This document shows positions 26,766-37,153 of a stretch of DNA of 64,000 bases, in pieces. Both the position numbers and the translations under genes were made by a program. The notes under the pieces were generated by a model. That model did not search any database, was not told where the DNA came from, and saw nothing but the letters and a program-made list of their open reading frames with translations. Origin of the DNA: an uncultured Chloroflexota bacterium (GTDB lineage Bacteria > Chloroflexota > UBA6077 > CF-72); NCBI GenBank assembly GCA_964435115.1, contig CAYSYM010000014.1, positions 115-64,114 of the forward strand. Direction: 5' to 3'. The first letter of the stretch is position 1; every line of letters starts with the position of its first letter.

Positions 26766-28688
26766 ATGTGTGGCATCGCGGGGTTCGCGGGGTCGCTGCG
26801 CGCCAGGGCTGGCCGTGGCGTGCTGGAGCAGATGAACGGGGCGCTGCGCCACCGGGGCCCGGACGGCGAGGGGTATTACCTCGACGACGACGTGGGTCTG
26901 GCGATGCGTCGCCTGGCGATCATCGACGTCGCCGGCGGCAGCCAGCCGATCTTCGGCGAGGATGGCACGGCGTGCGTCGTGCTGAATGGCGAGATCTACA
27001 ACTTCCAGGACCTGCGCGACATCCTGGAGCGACGCGGCCATCGGTTCGCCACCAGCAGCGACACCGAGGCGGTCGTCCACGCCTACGAGGAGTACGGGCC
27101 TGACTGCGTACAGCACCTGTGGGGCATGTTTGCCCTGGCCGTCTGGGACCGTCGCGCCAGGCGCCTCCTGCTCGCGCGCGACCGGCTGGGGAAGAAGCCG
27201 CTCGTGTACCACGCCGCCCCGGACGGCGGGATCGCCTTCGCCTCAGAGTTCCAGGCGCTCTTCGGCCACCCGGCCGTTCCGCGCGACGTGGATCCTCGCG
27301 CCATCGACGACTACCTGACGTACACGTACGTCCCGTCGCCGCGCACGGCCTACACGGCGGTCCACAAGCTGCAGCCGGGGCACCGCCTGGTCTGGGAGCC
27401 GGGCACGATCAGCGTCCAGTCCTACTGGCAGCTCCGGTTCTCGGAGAAGCTGGCTCTCTCAGAGGACGAGGCGATCGGGCAGTTCTCGGCGCTCTTTCGT
27501 GACGCGGTCCGTCGACGGCTCATCTCGGACGTCCCGCTGGGGGCGTTCCTGAGTGGCGGGATGGACTCCAGCTCGGTCGTGGCGGAGATGGCCGCGCTGT
27601 CGTCGGGGCCGGTGAAGACCTTCTCGATCGGGTTCGGCGAGCAGGACTTCGACGAGCTGAGGTATGCCCGCCAGGTTGCCGAGCGGTTCGGGACGGAGCA
27701 CCACGAGCTGGTCCTGGAGCCGCACGCGCTCGACGTCCTGCCGCAGCTCGTGCGCCACTACGGGGAGCCCTACGCCGATTCTTCCGCGGTGCCCACGTAC
27801 TACGTGTCCAAGCTGACGCGCCAGCTCGTCACCGTGGCGCTCAACGGAGATGGCGGCGACGAGCTGCTGGCGGGCTACGACCGGCATTGGGCGGCGCGGG
27901 CAGCGGCCCGGTACGACCGCGTCCCCGGCTTCGTCCGCCACGGCCTGGTCCACCCGGTGGTTCGCCTCCTGCCGGAGCCTGGCAAGTCGCACAAGCTCCT
28001 CAGGCGCGTGCGGCGTTTCATGCTGGCAGCGCACATGGCGCCAGTCGAGCGGTACCTGCGCTGGGTGGGGCTCTTCGGCGCGGGCGAGAAGGAGCGCCTG
28101 TACACGGACGACTTCCAGGCCGCCCTGAACGGGAACGACTCGCAGCGCTGGCTGCAGCAGGCGATCGCCGCCGAGCCGCACCTGCACCCGGTCGAGCAGG
28201 TGCAGCGCGCGGACACCCTGATGTACCTCCCGGACGACCTGCTGGTGAAGGTGGACATCGCCAGCATGGCCAACTCGCTGGAGGCGCGCTCGCCCTTCCT
28301 GGACCACCGGCTGGTGGAGTTCTGCGCGGCCCTGCCGCCTGCCTTCAAGCTGCGCGGACGCACCTCCAAGTGGCTGCTGCGGCGGGTGATGCGACACCGG
28401 CTGCCCGAGCCGATTCTGACCCGGCCGAAGATGGGGTTCGGCGTCCCCGTGGGGGAGTGGCTGCGGGGCGAGCTGCGGCCGCTGCTCGAAGACACCGTCC
28501 TCTCCGAGCGTGCCTTCGCCCGCGGGTACTTCCGCGAAGCAGCGGTTCGGGCGCTGGTGGACGAGCACCTGTCCGGGCGAGCGGACCTGCGCAGCCACGT
28601 GTGGACGCTGCTGATGCTGGAGCTGTGGTTCCGGGCCTTCGTGGACGCGGCGCCTCAGGCGGCTGGAGAGGCGGCCGCCGTGTGCTGA
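26766..28688 (+). CDS. asnB: Asparagine synthase (glutamine-hydrolysing) family amidotransferase
   Basis: MCGIAGF N-terminal nucleophile Cys2. SGGMDSS PP-loop. 640 aa. Confidence 0.92.
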   Translation: MCGIAGFAGSLRARAGRGVLEQMNGALRHRGPDGEGYYLDDDVGLAMRRLAIIDVAGGSQPIFGEDGTACVVLNGEIYNFQDLRDILERRGHRFATSSDTEAVVHAYEEYGPDCVQHLWGMFALAVWDRRARRLLLARDRLGKKPLVYHAAPDGGIAFASEFQALFGHPAVPRDVDPRAIDDYLTYTYVPSPRTAYTAVHKLQPGHRLVWEPGTISVQSYWQLRFSEKLALSEDEAIGQFSALFRDAVRRRLISDVPLGAFLSGGMDSSSVVAEMAALSSGPVKTFSIGFGEQDFDELRYARQVAERFGTEHHELVLEPHALDVLPQLVRHYGEPYADSSAVPTYYVSKLTRQLVTVALNGDGGDELLAGYDRHWAARAAARYDRVPGFVRHGLVHPVVRLLPEPGKSHKLLRRVRRFMLAAHMAPVERYLRWVGLFGAGEKERLYTDDFQAALNGNDSQRWLQQAIAAEPHLHPVEQVQRADTLMYLPDDLLVKVDIASMANSLEARSPFLDHRLVEFCAALPPAFKLRGRTSKWLLRRVMRHRLPEPILTRPKMGFGVPVGEWLRGELRPLLEDTVLSERAFARGYFREAAVRALVDEHLSGRADLRSHVWTLLMLELWFRAFVDAAPQAAGEAAAVC

Positions 28689-28702
28689 CACGGACCCGCG
28701 GC

Positions 28703-29278
28703 TCAGCCGCAGGCGCCTGCCGGCGGTGGGGCGGGCACACCCCACGCCTGGGCTGCGTCCACCCAGTCCGCCCGCGCGCGGCTGCGCAGCGGCGCGATCG
28801 AGCTGCCATCGTCGTCGGGTGCGAACTGGTCAATCCGCCGCCGGTAGGCGACCAGCGTCTCGGCGGCGGCGCTGAGCTGCGTGGCAGCTTCGGCCGCCGC
28901 CCGCCGCGCGCGCCACAGCGCCGGGTCGGGCGTCGCGCGCGAGATCGCGGCCGCCAGTGTGGCCGCGCGCCCAGGGAGGGCGTAGACGCGCGCGGTGGCT
29001 GCCTGCCAGGCGCTCGGCGACGGGGGCTCCCGGGCCGGCGCGCCGGGCGGCTGGCCCTCCGCACGCTTCACGTTCGCCGAGCGGAAGGCGGCGTACTGGT
29101 CGAACACGCAGAGTGACTCGAGCCCGCTCAGTACGATGGCGCGTGCCTCCGCGTTCCACGCATCTTGCTCGGGGATCGGCGCGGTCGGCGCGATCGGCGG
29201 AGCCGCGCGGGCTGCCGGCCGGGCGCAGGCGCCCGCCGTGAGCGCGAACAGGCCGGCGATCAGCTCCCGCCGCCGCAC
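28703..29278 (-). CDS. Hypothetical lipoprotein
   Basis: The GTG at 29278 gives VRRRELIAGLFALTAGAC (lipobox). The rest is a Pro/Ala-rich linker and then a helical domain. It lies 11 nt downstream of the fcl stop. Confidence 0.45.
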   Translation of the reverse strand: MRRRELIAGLFALTAGACARPAARAAPPIAPTAPIPEQDAWNAEARAIVLSGLESLCVFDQYAAFRSANVKRAEGQPPGAPAREPPSPSAWQAATARVYALPGRAATLAAAISRATPDPALWRARRAAAEAATQLSAAAETLVAYRRRIDQFAPDDDGSSIAPLRSRARADWVDAAQAWGVPAPPPAGACG

Positions 29279-29289
29279 GCCGTCCGACG

Positions 29290-30342
<1,053 letters not shown>

Positions 30343-30454
30343 TCAACCGCTGGCGCATGGGCTGTGGCGGGCGAAACGGCGTGAGTGTAGTGCCCCGGCT
30401 GGGCTCGGCCGCAACACACGTCCCCCACTCCATGCCCTACCCTCTCCCCAACGT

Positions 30455-31003
30455 ATGCGACCCCCCAACCGCCACACCGCCATGGTGGCGAGTGCCGCGG
30501 CCGTTCTCACGCTGGCCCTGGCCGGCTGCGCTGGCTCGCTCACCGCCACGGCGAAGGGCGATGCGGGGGCCGGCCAGCCCGGCTCGGAGGCCGTCCCGGT
30601 GCGCACGGCCGAAGCGCTGGTGCGGCGCCTCCTGGACAACAGCGCCACGCCGACGCCAGCTCCTACCGCGACCCCCCTCCCGCGGCCTACCTGCCCGGGC
30701 GCGATCTGGTGGTTCGACGCGGGGAACTACGCCGGCACGCTGGCCACGGTGGAGGGGCGCGTGAGCGAGGCGCGGCGCGTCGAAGCCGGCGGCCAGCAGC
30801 TCCTGGTGCTCAGCCTCGGCCAGCGGTTCCCGGATCCGAACCGGGTGGAGGTGCGGCTCCCCGGGGACGGGGGTGGCATCGCCCCGCTAGGTCCGGACGC
30901 GTACGTGGGCCAGACGGTGTGCGCCACCGGACGCGTCGAGCTGGACCAGGCGCTGCCGACGCTCGCACTCGGATCGGACAGCGACATCCGGCTCGCACCG
31001 TAG
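30455..31003 (+). CDS. Hypothetical lipoprotein
   Basis: The ATG at 30455 gives MRPPNRHTAMVASAAAVLTLALAGC (lipobox), followed by a Thr/Pro linker and a ~110-aa beta-like domain. Confidence 0.5.
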   Translation: MRPPNRHTAMVASAAAVLTLALAGCAGSLTATAKGDAGAGQPGSEAVPVRTAEALVRRLLDNSATPTPAPTATPLPRPTCPGAIWWFDAGNYAGTLATVEGRVSEARRVEAGGQQLLVLSLGQRFPDPNRVEVRLPGDGGGIAPLGPDAYVGQTVCATGRVELDQALPTLALGSDSDIRLAP

Positions 31004-31042
31004 CAGCGCGTCCCGGCGTGGCTCAGGCCTGTTCCCCGGCCG

Positions 31043-32215
31043 TCACTCCGCCACGCCCGTCTGGGCCCCGGGCGCGAACGCCGCCCTGGCGAGCATGCCC
31101 TGGTAGAACTGCTCCAGCCGCTGGGCGAGCCGCTGGAAGTGGAAGCGCTCGCGCACAAGCTGCCGCCCCGCGCCGCCCAGGCGGGATCCCACCTCGGGGT
31201 GTTCAAGCAGGAACACGATCTGCTCCGCGAGCGCCGCCGTATCGCCGTTGGGGACGAGCAGCCCGGTCGCCCCGTCGGCCAGTGCCAGCTTCACGTCTTC
31301 CGTGTCGAACGCGACCACGGGCTTGCCGAGCGCCAGCGCCTCAAGCACGGTGATCCCGACGTACCCCTCGACGATGCCCGGCTTCACGTACACGTCGGTC
31401 GCCGAGAGGAGCCGCGAGATGTCGTCCCGCACGCCCGTCAGGACGAGCCGACCGGCCAGGCCGTGCGCCTGTGCGTGGCGTTCGAGCTCGACCCGTAGGT
31501 CGCCCTGGCCGACGACGAGGAAGCGGGCGTTCGGGACGCGCGCGGCGACGAGAGCGGCCGCGTCGATGAACAGCTCGTGGCTCTTGCGCGGGTGGAGCGC
31601 GCCGATCGTGGAGACGATGCATGTCTCGGCGTCGAAGCCGAACTCCTCGCGCACCGAGATCCGGTCGTCGGGCGAGGCGACGAAGGCGTCCACGTCGAGC
31701 CCGACGAAGCTGAAGTCCACCAGATCGTCGTCACGCACCCAGACGCGCTTCAGGTGGCGGCGGATCTCGGGCGAGATCACCAGGATCTTCTCGGCGCCCA
31801 GCGTGAGCACCCAGTTGCGCAGCCAGGTGGTGACGGCCAGCTCGCGGGGCGAGTTCTGCAGCCCCATCGGCGAGCTGACGAGGTGAGTATGGCTCTCGCC
31901 GTTCCGCGCGGCCGGCCGGAGCGCGAGGTTGACCGCGACCGACGCGGTGGCAGAGAAGGAGTGGATGAGGTCGATCTGCTCCGCTCTGACCAGGCGGCGG
32001 ATCGTGCGCGCCGAGTGGAGGATGCCGCCCGGGGACGTGGCAAGCGGAGCCCTGACGTGGGGCGTGCCGTTCCGGTCCAGCTCGCCGACCAGGTACCCAC
32101 CGGAGGAGACTACCCAGATGCGGTGGCCGCGCTGCTGGAGCTCGTGCGAGAGCGCGACGACGCTCCGCTCGATGCCGCCGACGTCCATCGTCTTGGACGC
32201 GAGGAGAATTCTCAA
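31043..32215 (-). CDS. Glycosyltransferase family 4
   Basis: A TTG start gives MRILLASKTMDVGGIERSVVALSHELQQRGH. ...VKPGIVEGYVGITVLEALALGKPVVAFD...GATGLLVPNGD. Confidence 0.88.
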   Translation of the reverse strand: MRILLASKTMDVGGIERSVVALSHELQQRGHRIWVVSSGGYLVGELDRNGTPHVRAPLATSPGGILHSARTIRRLVRAEQIDLIHSFSATASVAVNLALRPAARNGESHTHLVSSPMGLQNSPRELAVTTWLRNWVLTLGAEKILVISPEIRRHLKRVWVRDDDLVDFSFVGLDVDAFVASPDDRISVREEFGFDAETCIVSTIGALHPRKSHELFIDAAALVAARVPNARFLVVGQGDLRVELERHAQAHGLAGRLVLTGVRDDISRLLSATDVYVKPGIVEGYVGITVLEALALGKPVVAFDTEDVKLALADGATGLLVPNGDTAALAEQIVFLLEHPEVGSRLGGAGRQLVRERFHFQRLAQRLEQFYQGMLARAAFAPGAQTGVAE

Positions 32216-32495
32216 TCCTCAGTCACCCTAGGCCTATGCGCTTCGCGCCTATTCTTCCAGAGTGCGAAGCACGTGCATCGCTTCAGCTCGCGGAACAGCG
32301 GTGGAGGCGCCAGCCGGCGCGGAGCCAGTCGCGCCTCTGCCCGGGCATGCCGGTCGCGCCGGTGGACGGGCTGCTCTCTGGAGCCTGGATGCTGAGCGCG
32401 TAGGCCCAAGTGTGGCACGGATCGGGGCGAGCGTGGTCCACGTGCGGAGCACCCACCCAGCGACAACTCCGGCGGCGGGCGGCCCAGGCGAGCCA

Positions 32496-33998
32496 TTATA
32501 CGGGCGCACCTTCGACCTCCCGCCGGTCCGCGGGCCCGACCTCTCGCTGGGCGGAGGATGCGCGCGCCTCCACGCGACCGCGCGCGGACAGCACGTTGGC
32601 CGCGGCTACGCCGAGCAGAAACAGCGCCAGCGGCTGGACCTGCATCAGCAGCCGGGTCGCGGAGGTCTGCACCTGGAGCGCTGGCGACGACCCGGTAACG
32701 AGGAACGCGGCGAAGGTCGCGCCGAGCTGCGCGAGCACTACCAGTGCCAGGAACCGCCACGGGGCGCGCAGCAGCGTCGCGCCGAGGGTGGCAGCGCCGA
32801 CGACCACGACGACCCACCCTCCGCCGGTGCGGACCCCGCCGAGCACAGCCAGCAGGGCGCGTACGACCTCGCCGATGGCGTCCACCCGCAGCGCGCTGAT
32901 GTGCTCCCCCGTCACCTCGATTCCGCGCAGGTTGCGGAACAGGGTCCACGGGAGGGAGAGCAGGAATGCGCCGCCCGCGTAGACGGCCGGGGCGCGCAGC
33001 GCGGACCACCGGCTGGTTCGAGCGGCCAGACCCTCAAGCAGGAGGATGCTGGCGATCAGCGCCACCCGGAAGAGGCCTTCGTACTTGCTCAGCGCCGCTC
33101 CTCCGGCGAAGAGCGCGGCGATCAGCAGCCAGGCAGCGCTCGGCGTGGCACGCTTCGGCGCAAGGTCGCCCAGCACGTGGGCCTGTTCGGGCACGTGTCG
33201 CAGGTCTGCCGCTCGCGTCCACTCGAAGAGGGCGAGCACGCTCAGGGAGAGGTAGGCGGTGAGGATGAGGTCGGCCTGGCCGGTCCAGAAGCTCTCGAGG
33301 AGCTGGGTGGTCCCTAGCAGGATGCCTGCGGCGACATACGGAGCCACCCGCGGCTCTCTCAGGACGAGGCGCGCGTGCCACGCGGCGCAGACGATGAAGG
33401 CCGACCCCAGGAGTGCCCAGATGACCTTGACCTGGTCGATGGCCGCCGCGCCGCGGTGCAGGTAGAACCACGCTTCAAGCAGCGGCACGAGGGGCGGGTA
33501 GTAGGAGTGCGCGCTCGGCACGTCGACGATCGTGGCGGCGAGGAAGAAGGCCTTCGCTTTCAGCCCCCAGTGTGAGTAGGCGTCCCACCCGGCCTCGGGC
33601 ACGAGCGTCGACCGGAGGGTCGCTCCAGCGAGGACGGCCGCGAGTGCGAGCCAGCCCAACCGACTGGGCAAAGGGGGCCAGCCGCGGCCGCCCGGTCTGG
33701 CCAGGGCGGGCGGCGGATCCACCCCTGGCGTGCGGCGCGCCAGGAACCGCAGGCCGAGCGCTGCTCCGGATGCCACCAGCAGCGTGCCGGGGATGAACCG
33801 GAACGGAACCCTGGCCAGGGCCTGCAGCAACAGCGCGACTGCCACCAGCAGGGCGCCGACGAGCAGCCACAGCGCGAGGCGCACGCCGAGCGGCGCCCGC
33901 TCGCCGCCCGGCCAGTCCAGCCCACTCAGCCTGCCCAGCCCCAGCCATTCGAGGGTGACCAGGAGGAGCGCCAGGCCGGCGCCGGCGTCGAGGCTCAT
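32496..33998 (-). CDS. Polytopic membrane protein of unknown family (about 12 TM), possibly GT-C/polymerase-like
   Basis: ATG 33998 overlaps the stop of the upstream small gene (ATGA). 500 aa, hydrophobic throughout. The 167 upstream codons in the track ORF are Arg-rich shadow sequence. Confidence 0.65.
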   Translation of the reverse strand: MSLDAGAGLALLLVTLEWLGLGRLSGLDWPGGERAPLGVRLALWLLVGALLVAVALLLQALARVPFRFIPGTLLVASGAALGLRFLARRTPGVDPPPALARPGGRGWPPLPSRLGWLALAAVLAGATLRSTLVPEAGWDAYSHWGLKAKAFFLAATIVDVPSAHSYYPPLVPLLEAWFYLHRGAAAIDQVKVIWALLGSAFIVCAAWHARLVLREPRVAPYVAAGILLGTTQLLESFWTGQADLILTAYLSLSVLALFEWTRAADLRHVPEQAHVLGDLAPKRATPSAAWLLIAALFAGGAALSKYEGLFRVALIASILLLEGLAARTSRWSALRAPAVYAGGAFLLSLPWTLFRNLRGIEVTGEHISALRVDAIGEVVRALLAVLGGVRTGGGWVVVVVGAATLGATLLRAPWRFLALVVLAQLGATFAAFLVTGSSPALQVQTSATRLLMQVQPLALFLLGVAAANVLSARGRVEARASSAQREVGPADRREVEGAPV

Positions 33999-34444
33999 GG
34001 GCTGTCGACCACGAGGACGAATCGGCGCGCGTCGAGCGCCACCCGGCGGAACCACGGGCGGGGCTGGAGGAGGAAGTAATCCGCCGGGTAGAGCGCCGCA
34101 TCGGGCACGACGATGTACTGGGCGCCATTGCGCCGGGCGAGGAGGCGGACCGATGCCTCGTCGGGCAGCCCACTGAGGTCGTCGTACCGCCGGGGGTACA
34201 GCTCGTAGCGGAGGCGCGGGCCAACTCCGGTCTCGCCCCCGTACGCTCTGGGCTCGACGTAGACGTACGCCGCGCCCTCGGGCACCACCTCCAGGGCGAA
34301 CGGAATGAACGGTCGAACGATCTCCCCTATCGGCACCTCGGCCGGCTCGACCAGCCGTGAGAGTCGGACGAGGCTCAGCGCGCTCCAGGCTACGACGAAG
34401 AGGACGAGCGCGCTCCTGCGCGCCTGGCCGAGCGAGCCGTTCAC
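33995..34444 (-). CDS. Hypothetical membrane-anchored protein, translationally coupled to the downstream membrane protein
   Basis: GTG start. N-terminal TM (ALVLFVVAWSALSLV) is followed by a 120-aa soluble domain. ATGA overlap with the next gene. Confidence 0.55.
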   Translation of the reverse strand: MNGSLGQARRSALVLFVVAWSALSLVRLSRLVEPAEVPIGEIVRPFIPFALEVVPEGAAYVYVEPRAYGGETGVGPRLRYELYPRRYDDLSGLPDEASVRLLARRNGAQYIVVPDAALYPADYFLLQPRPWFRRVALDARRFVLVVDSP

Positions 34445-34516
34445 AGGGGGCGAGTCTACAGCCAGACCGCCCCCGGTAGCGTCCGCGCCGCGCCGTCATC
34501 TACTATCCCCCGCCTG

Positions 34517-35266
34517 GTGAGGTCCGACGTCGATCGTCCCCGCGTCCTCGCCCTCGTGCCCGCGCGCGGTGGATCCAAGGGCATCCAGCGCAAGAACGTG
34601 CGCCTCCTGGGCGGCCAGCCGGTTGTGGCGTACGCGATCGCCGCCGGCCTCGGCGCCAGCTCGGTGGACCGCGTGGTGTGCTCGACGGACGACGCGGAGA
34701 TCGCGGAGGTCGCACGCGCCTACGGGGCGGACGTCCCGTTCCTCCGTCCGGCGGAGCTGGCCCGGGACGACACGGAGGACTGGCCGGTCTTCGCCCACGC
34801 GCTGCGGTGGCTCGAAGAGCACGAAGGGTGGGTGCCCGACCTCGTCGCCAACCTGCGGCCCACGTCGCCGTTCCGCCGGCCCGAGCACGTCGATCGCGCC
34901 GTCGAGCTGCTGCTGCGCACTGGGGCCGACTCGGTTAAGTCGGTCTCCCTGGCGCGCCAGCACCCGCACAAGATGTGGACGTTCGCGCCGAACGGCTCCG
35001 ACCTGCTGGAGCCGTTCGTGAAGAGCGCCTTCCGCCTCGCGCGCGGGCCTGACGTGCCGCGGGCGCAGCTTGAGCCCGTCTACTGGCAGAACGGGCTCGT
35101 GGATGTGACCCGGCGCGCGGTGATCCTCGATCAGGGGGTTATGATCGGGGCGACGGTCGCCGGGTTGGTCACGGACCCGACGGACGCGATCGACCTCGAC
35201 AGCCCGCTGGATCTTGCGTTCGCGGAGCTCGCCATGGCGCATCGGGCCGGGCCGCCCTCGGTATGA
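34517..35266 (+). CDS. neuA: Acylneuraminate cytidylyltransferase family protein (CMP-nonulosonate synthetase)
   Basis: VLALVPARGGSKGIQRKNVRLLGGQPVVAY...VVCSTDDAEIAEVA...LRPTSPFR are the CTP_transf_3 signature motifs. Confidence 0.88.
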   Translation: MRSDVDRPRVLALVPARGGSKGIQRKNVRLLGGQPVVAYAIAAGLGASSVDRVVCSTDDAEIAEVARAYGADVPFLRPAELARDDTEDWPVFAHALRWLEEHEGWVPDLVANLRPTSPFRRPEHVDRAVELLLRTGADSVKSVSLARQHPHKMWTFAPNGSDLLEPFVKSAFRLARGPDVPRAQLEPVYWQNGLVDVTRRAVILDQGVMIGATVAGLVTDPTDAIDLDSPLDLAFAELAMAHRAGPPSV

Positions 35267-36357
35267 AGGCGCTCGTGGTCGGTCTCGGCTCGATCGGCCG
35301 CCGGCATGCGCGCAACTGGGCCGCGCTCGGGCTTGGCGAGGTGTGGGTGTGCCGCCAGGCCAACCGACCCCAGCCCGAGCCCCTCGGCGTGGAGGCGCGG
35401 ACGTTCTACGATCTGGGCGCGGCGCTCGCGGCGGACCCGGACATCGTGCTGGTGACCAACCCCAGCAGCCTGCACGTGGCAACCGCGCGCCGCGCCGTGC
35501 AGGCGGGGTGCCACGTGTTCATCGAGAAGCCGCTGGGCTCCTCGCTCGACGGCGTCTCCGAACTGCTGGCGGAAGCGCGCCAGGCGGCGCGGCGGGTCAT
35601 GGTGGGGTACAGCCTGCGCTTCCACCCCGGACTGGCTCGATTGCGCGACCTCCTGCACGCCGGCGCCATCGGGCGTCCCATCTCCGCGCGCGCCGAGATG
35701 GGCGAGTACCTGCCCGGATGGCACCCCTGGGAGGACTACCGCACCGGCTACAGCGCGCGCCGTGACCAGGGCGGTGGGCCAGTGCTGACATTCAGCCATG
35801 AGATCGACTCGCTCTGCTGGCTGCTGGGACGCCCGCGGCGGGTCCTGGGCCTCGCGCGCAAGGTGAGCGAGCTGGAGGTCGATACCGAGGATGTCGCCGA
35901 GATCCTCCTGGAGTTCGACGCCGGAGCCCTCACCTCGATCCACGTCGACTACGTCCGCCGCCCGCCCCGACGGTCCGTCGAGGTCGTCGGCGACGAGGGC
36001 GTCCTGCGGTGGGAGTACGACGAGAACCGCCTGGCGGTCTTCACCACGCGCTCCGCCCAGTGGCGGGTGGAAGAAGGGCGGCCCACTTTCGCCCGCAACG
36101 AGCTGTTCCTCGACGAGCTGCGCGCCGTGGCGACGGCCGTGGCTGGCGGACGGGCGGAGCCGCTGGCGGATGGCCTGCAAGGTGCGGCTATCCTTGCCGT
36201 GGCCTTGAGCGCGCTGCGCTCGTCGGCCGAGGGCCGCGCGATCGACCTGACCCTTGAGGAAGCTGGAGAGACTGCCGCGTGGCTGAGCAGCCTGGAATCC
36301 CCCCGAGTATCCCCCGCGTTCCCGCTCCCGAGCTCTTTCGCCTCGACGGCCGGGTAG
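35263..36357 (+). CDS. Gfo/Idh/MocA family oxidoreductase
   Basis: ATGA overlap with neuA. MKALVVGLGSIGRRHARN...HVFIEKPLG. The 3' end overlaps the next call by 79 nt, so that gene's start is uncertain. Confidence 0.82.
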   Translation: MKALVVGLGSIGRRHARNWAALGLGEVWVCRQANRPQPEPLGVEARTFYDLGAALAADPDIVLVTNPSSLHVATARRAVQAGCHVFIEKPLGSSLDGVSELLAEARQAARRVMVGYSLRFHPGLARLRDLLHAGAIGRPISARAEMGEYLPGWHPWEDYRTGYSARRDQGGGPVLTFSHEIDSLCWLLGRPRRVLGLARKVSELEVDTEDVAEILLEFDAGALTSIHVDYVRRPPRRSVEVVGDEGVLRWEYDENRLAVFTTRSAQWRVEEGRPTFARNELFLDELRAVATAVAGGRAEPLADGLQGAAILAVALSALRSSAEGRAIDLTLEEAGETAAWLSSLESPRVSPAFPLPSSFASTAG

Positions 36358-37142
36358 CGCTCGTCACCGGTGGAGCCGGCCTGCTCGGGCGGCGCTACTG
36401 CGAGGCGCTCGTGGAGGCCGGCGCGACGGTCGTCGTGGCCGACCTGGACGGCGCACGGGCCGAAGCAGTCGCCGCGGCGATCTCCCGCGAGCGCGCGCTC
36501 GGGCTGCCCCTCGACGTGAGCGACGAGGAGTCCGTTGGCGCGGCGACGGCTCGCGCCGTGGCGCGTTTCGGACGCCTGGATATCCTCGTCAACAACGCCG
36601 CCCTCACGGTGCGTGGCGGCTCGGAGCGCCTCGACGATTACTTCGCCCCGTTCGAGCGCTACCCCCGCGACCTGTGGGACCGGGCCATCGCGGTGAACCT
36701 GACCGGTATGATGCTGTGCGCCCAGGCCGCCGGGCGCCAGATGCTCCGCCAGGGCGGCGGGGTGATCGTCAACATCGCCTCGACGTACGGCGTCGTGGCG
36801 CCCGACCAGCGCCTGTACGATGGGGTGAAGAGCCCGTACGCTGACACCGGGTTCAACACCCCCGTCAGCTACGCCGTCACCAAGAGCGCGGTGCTCGGGC
36901 TGACGCGCTACCTCGCGACGTACTGGGCGGGGAAGAACATCCGCGTGAACGCGCTCACGCCGCACGGGGTGTACGACAAGCACGACGCGACGTTCGTGCG
37001 GAACTTCGCCAGCCGCTCGCCGCTCGGGCGCATGGCGCGCGATGACGAGTACCGCGGTGCGTTGTTGTTCCTGGTGTCCGACGCCTCTTCGTACATGACC
37101 GGAGCCAACCTGATCGTCGACGGCGGGTGGACCGCGTGGTGA
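36279..37142 (+). CDS. Short-chain dehydrogenase/reductase (SDR)
   Basis: GRVALVTGGAGLLG (TGxxxGxG), NNAA, and Y..TKSAV (YxxxK) motifs. The GTG at 36279 follows GGAGAG. Confidence 0.85.
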   Translation: MAEQPGIPPSIPRVPAPELFRLDGRVALVTGGAGLLGRRYCEALVEAGATVVVADLDGARAEAVAAAISRERALGLPLDVSDEESVGAATARAVARFGRLDILVNNAALTVRGGSERLDDYFAPFERYPRDLWDRAIAVNLTGMMLCAQAAGRQMLRQGGGVIVNIASTYGVVAPDQRLYDGVKSPYADTGFNTPVSYAVTKSAVLGLTRYLATYWAGKNIRVNALTPHGVYDKHDATFVRNFASRSPLGRMARDDEYRGALLFLVSDASSYMTGANLIVDGGWTAW

Positions 37143-37153
37143 GCGGGAAGACG

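Noticed and set aside
33999-34499. 167-codon N-terminal extension of track ORF 32496..34499
   Set aside because: It is Arg-rich (MTARRGRYRGRSGCRL...) and overlaps the better-supported 149-aa gene in another frame. The ATG at 33998 with an ATGA overlap is the sensible start.
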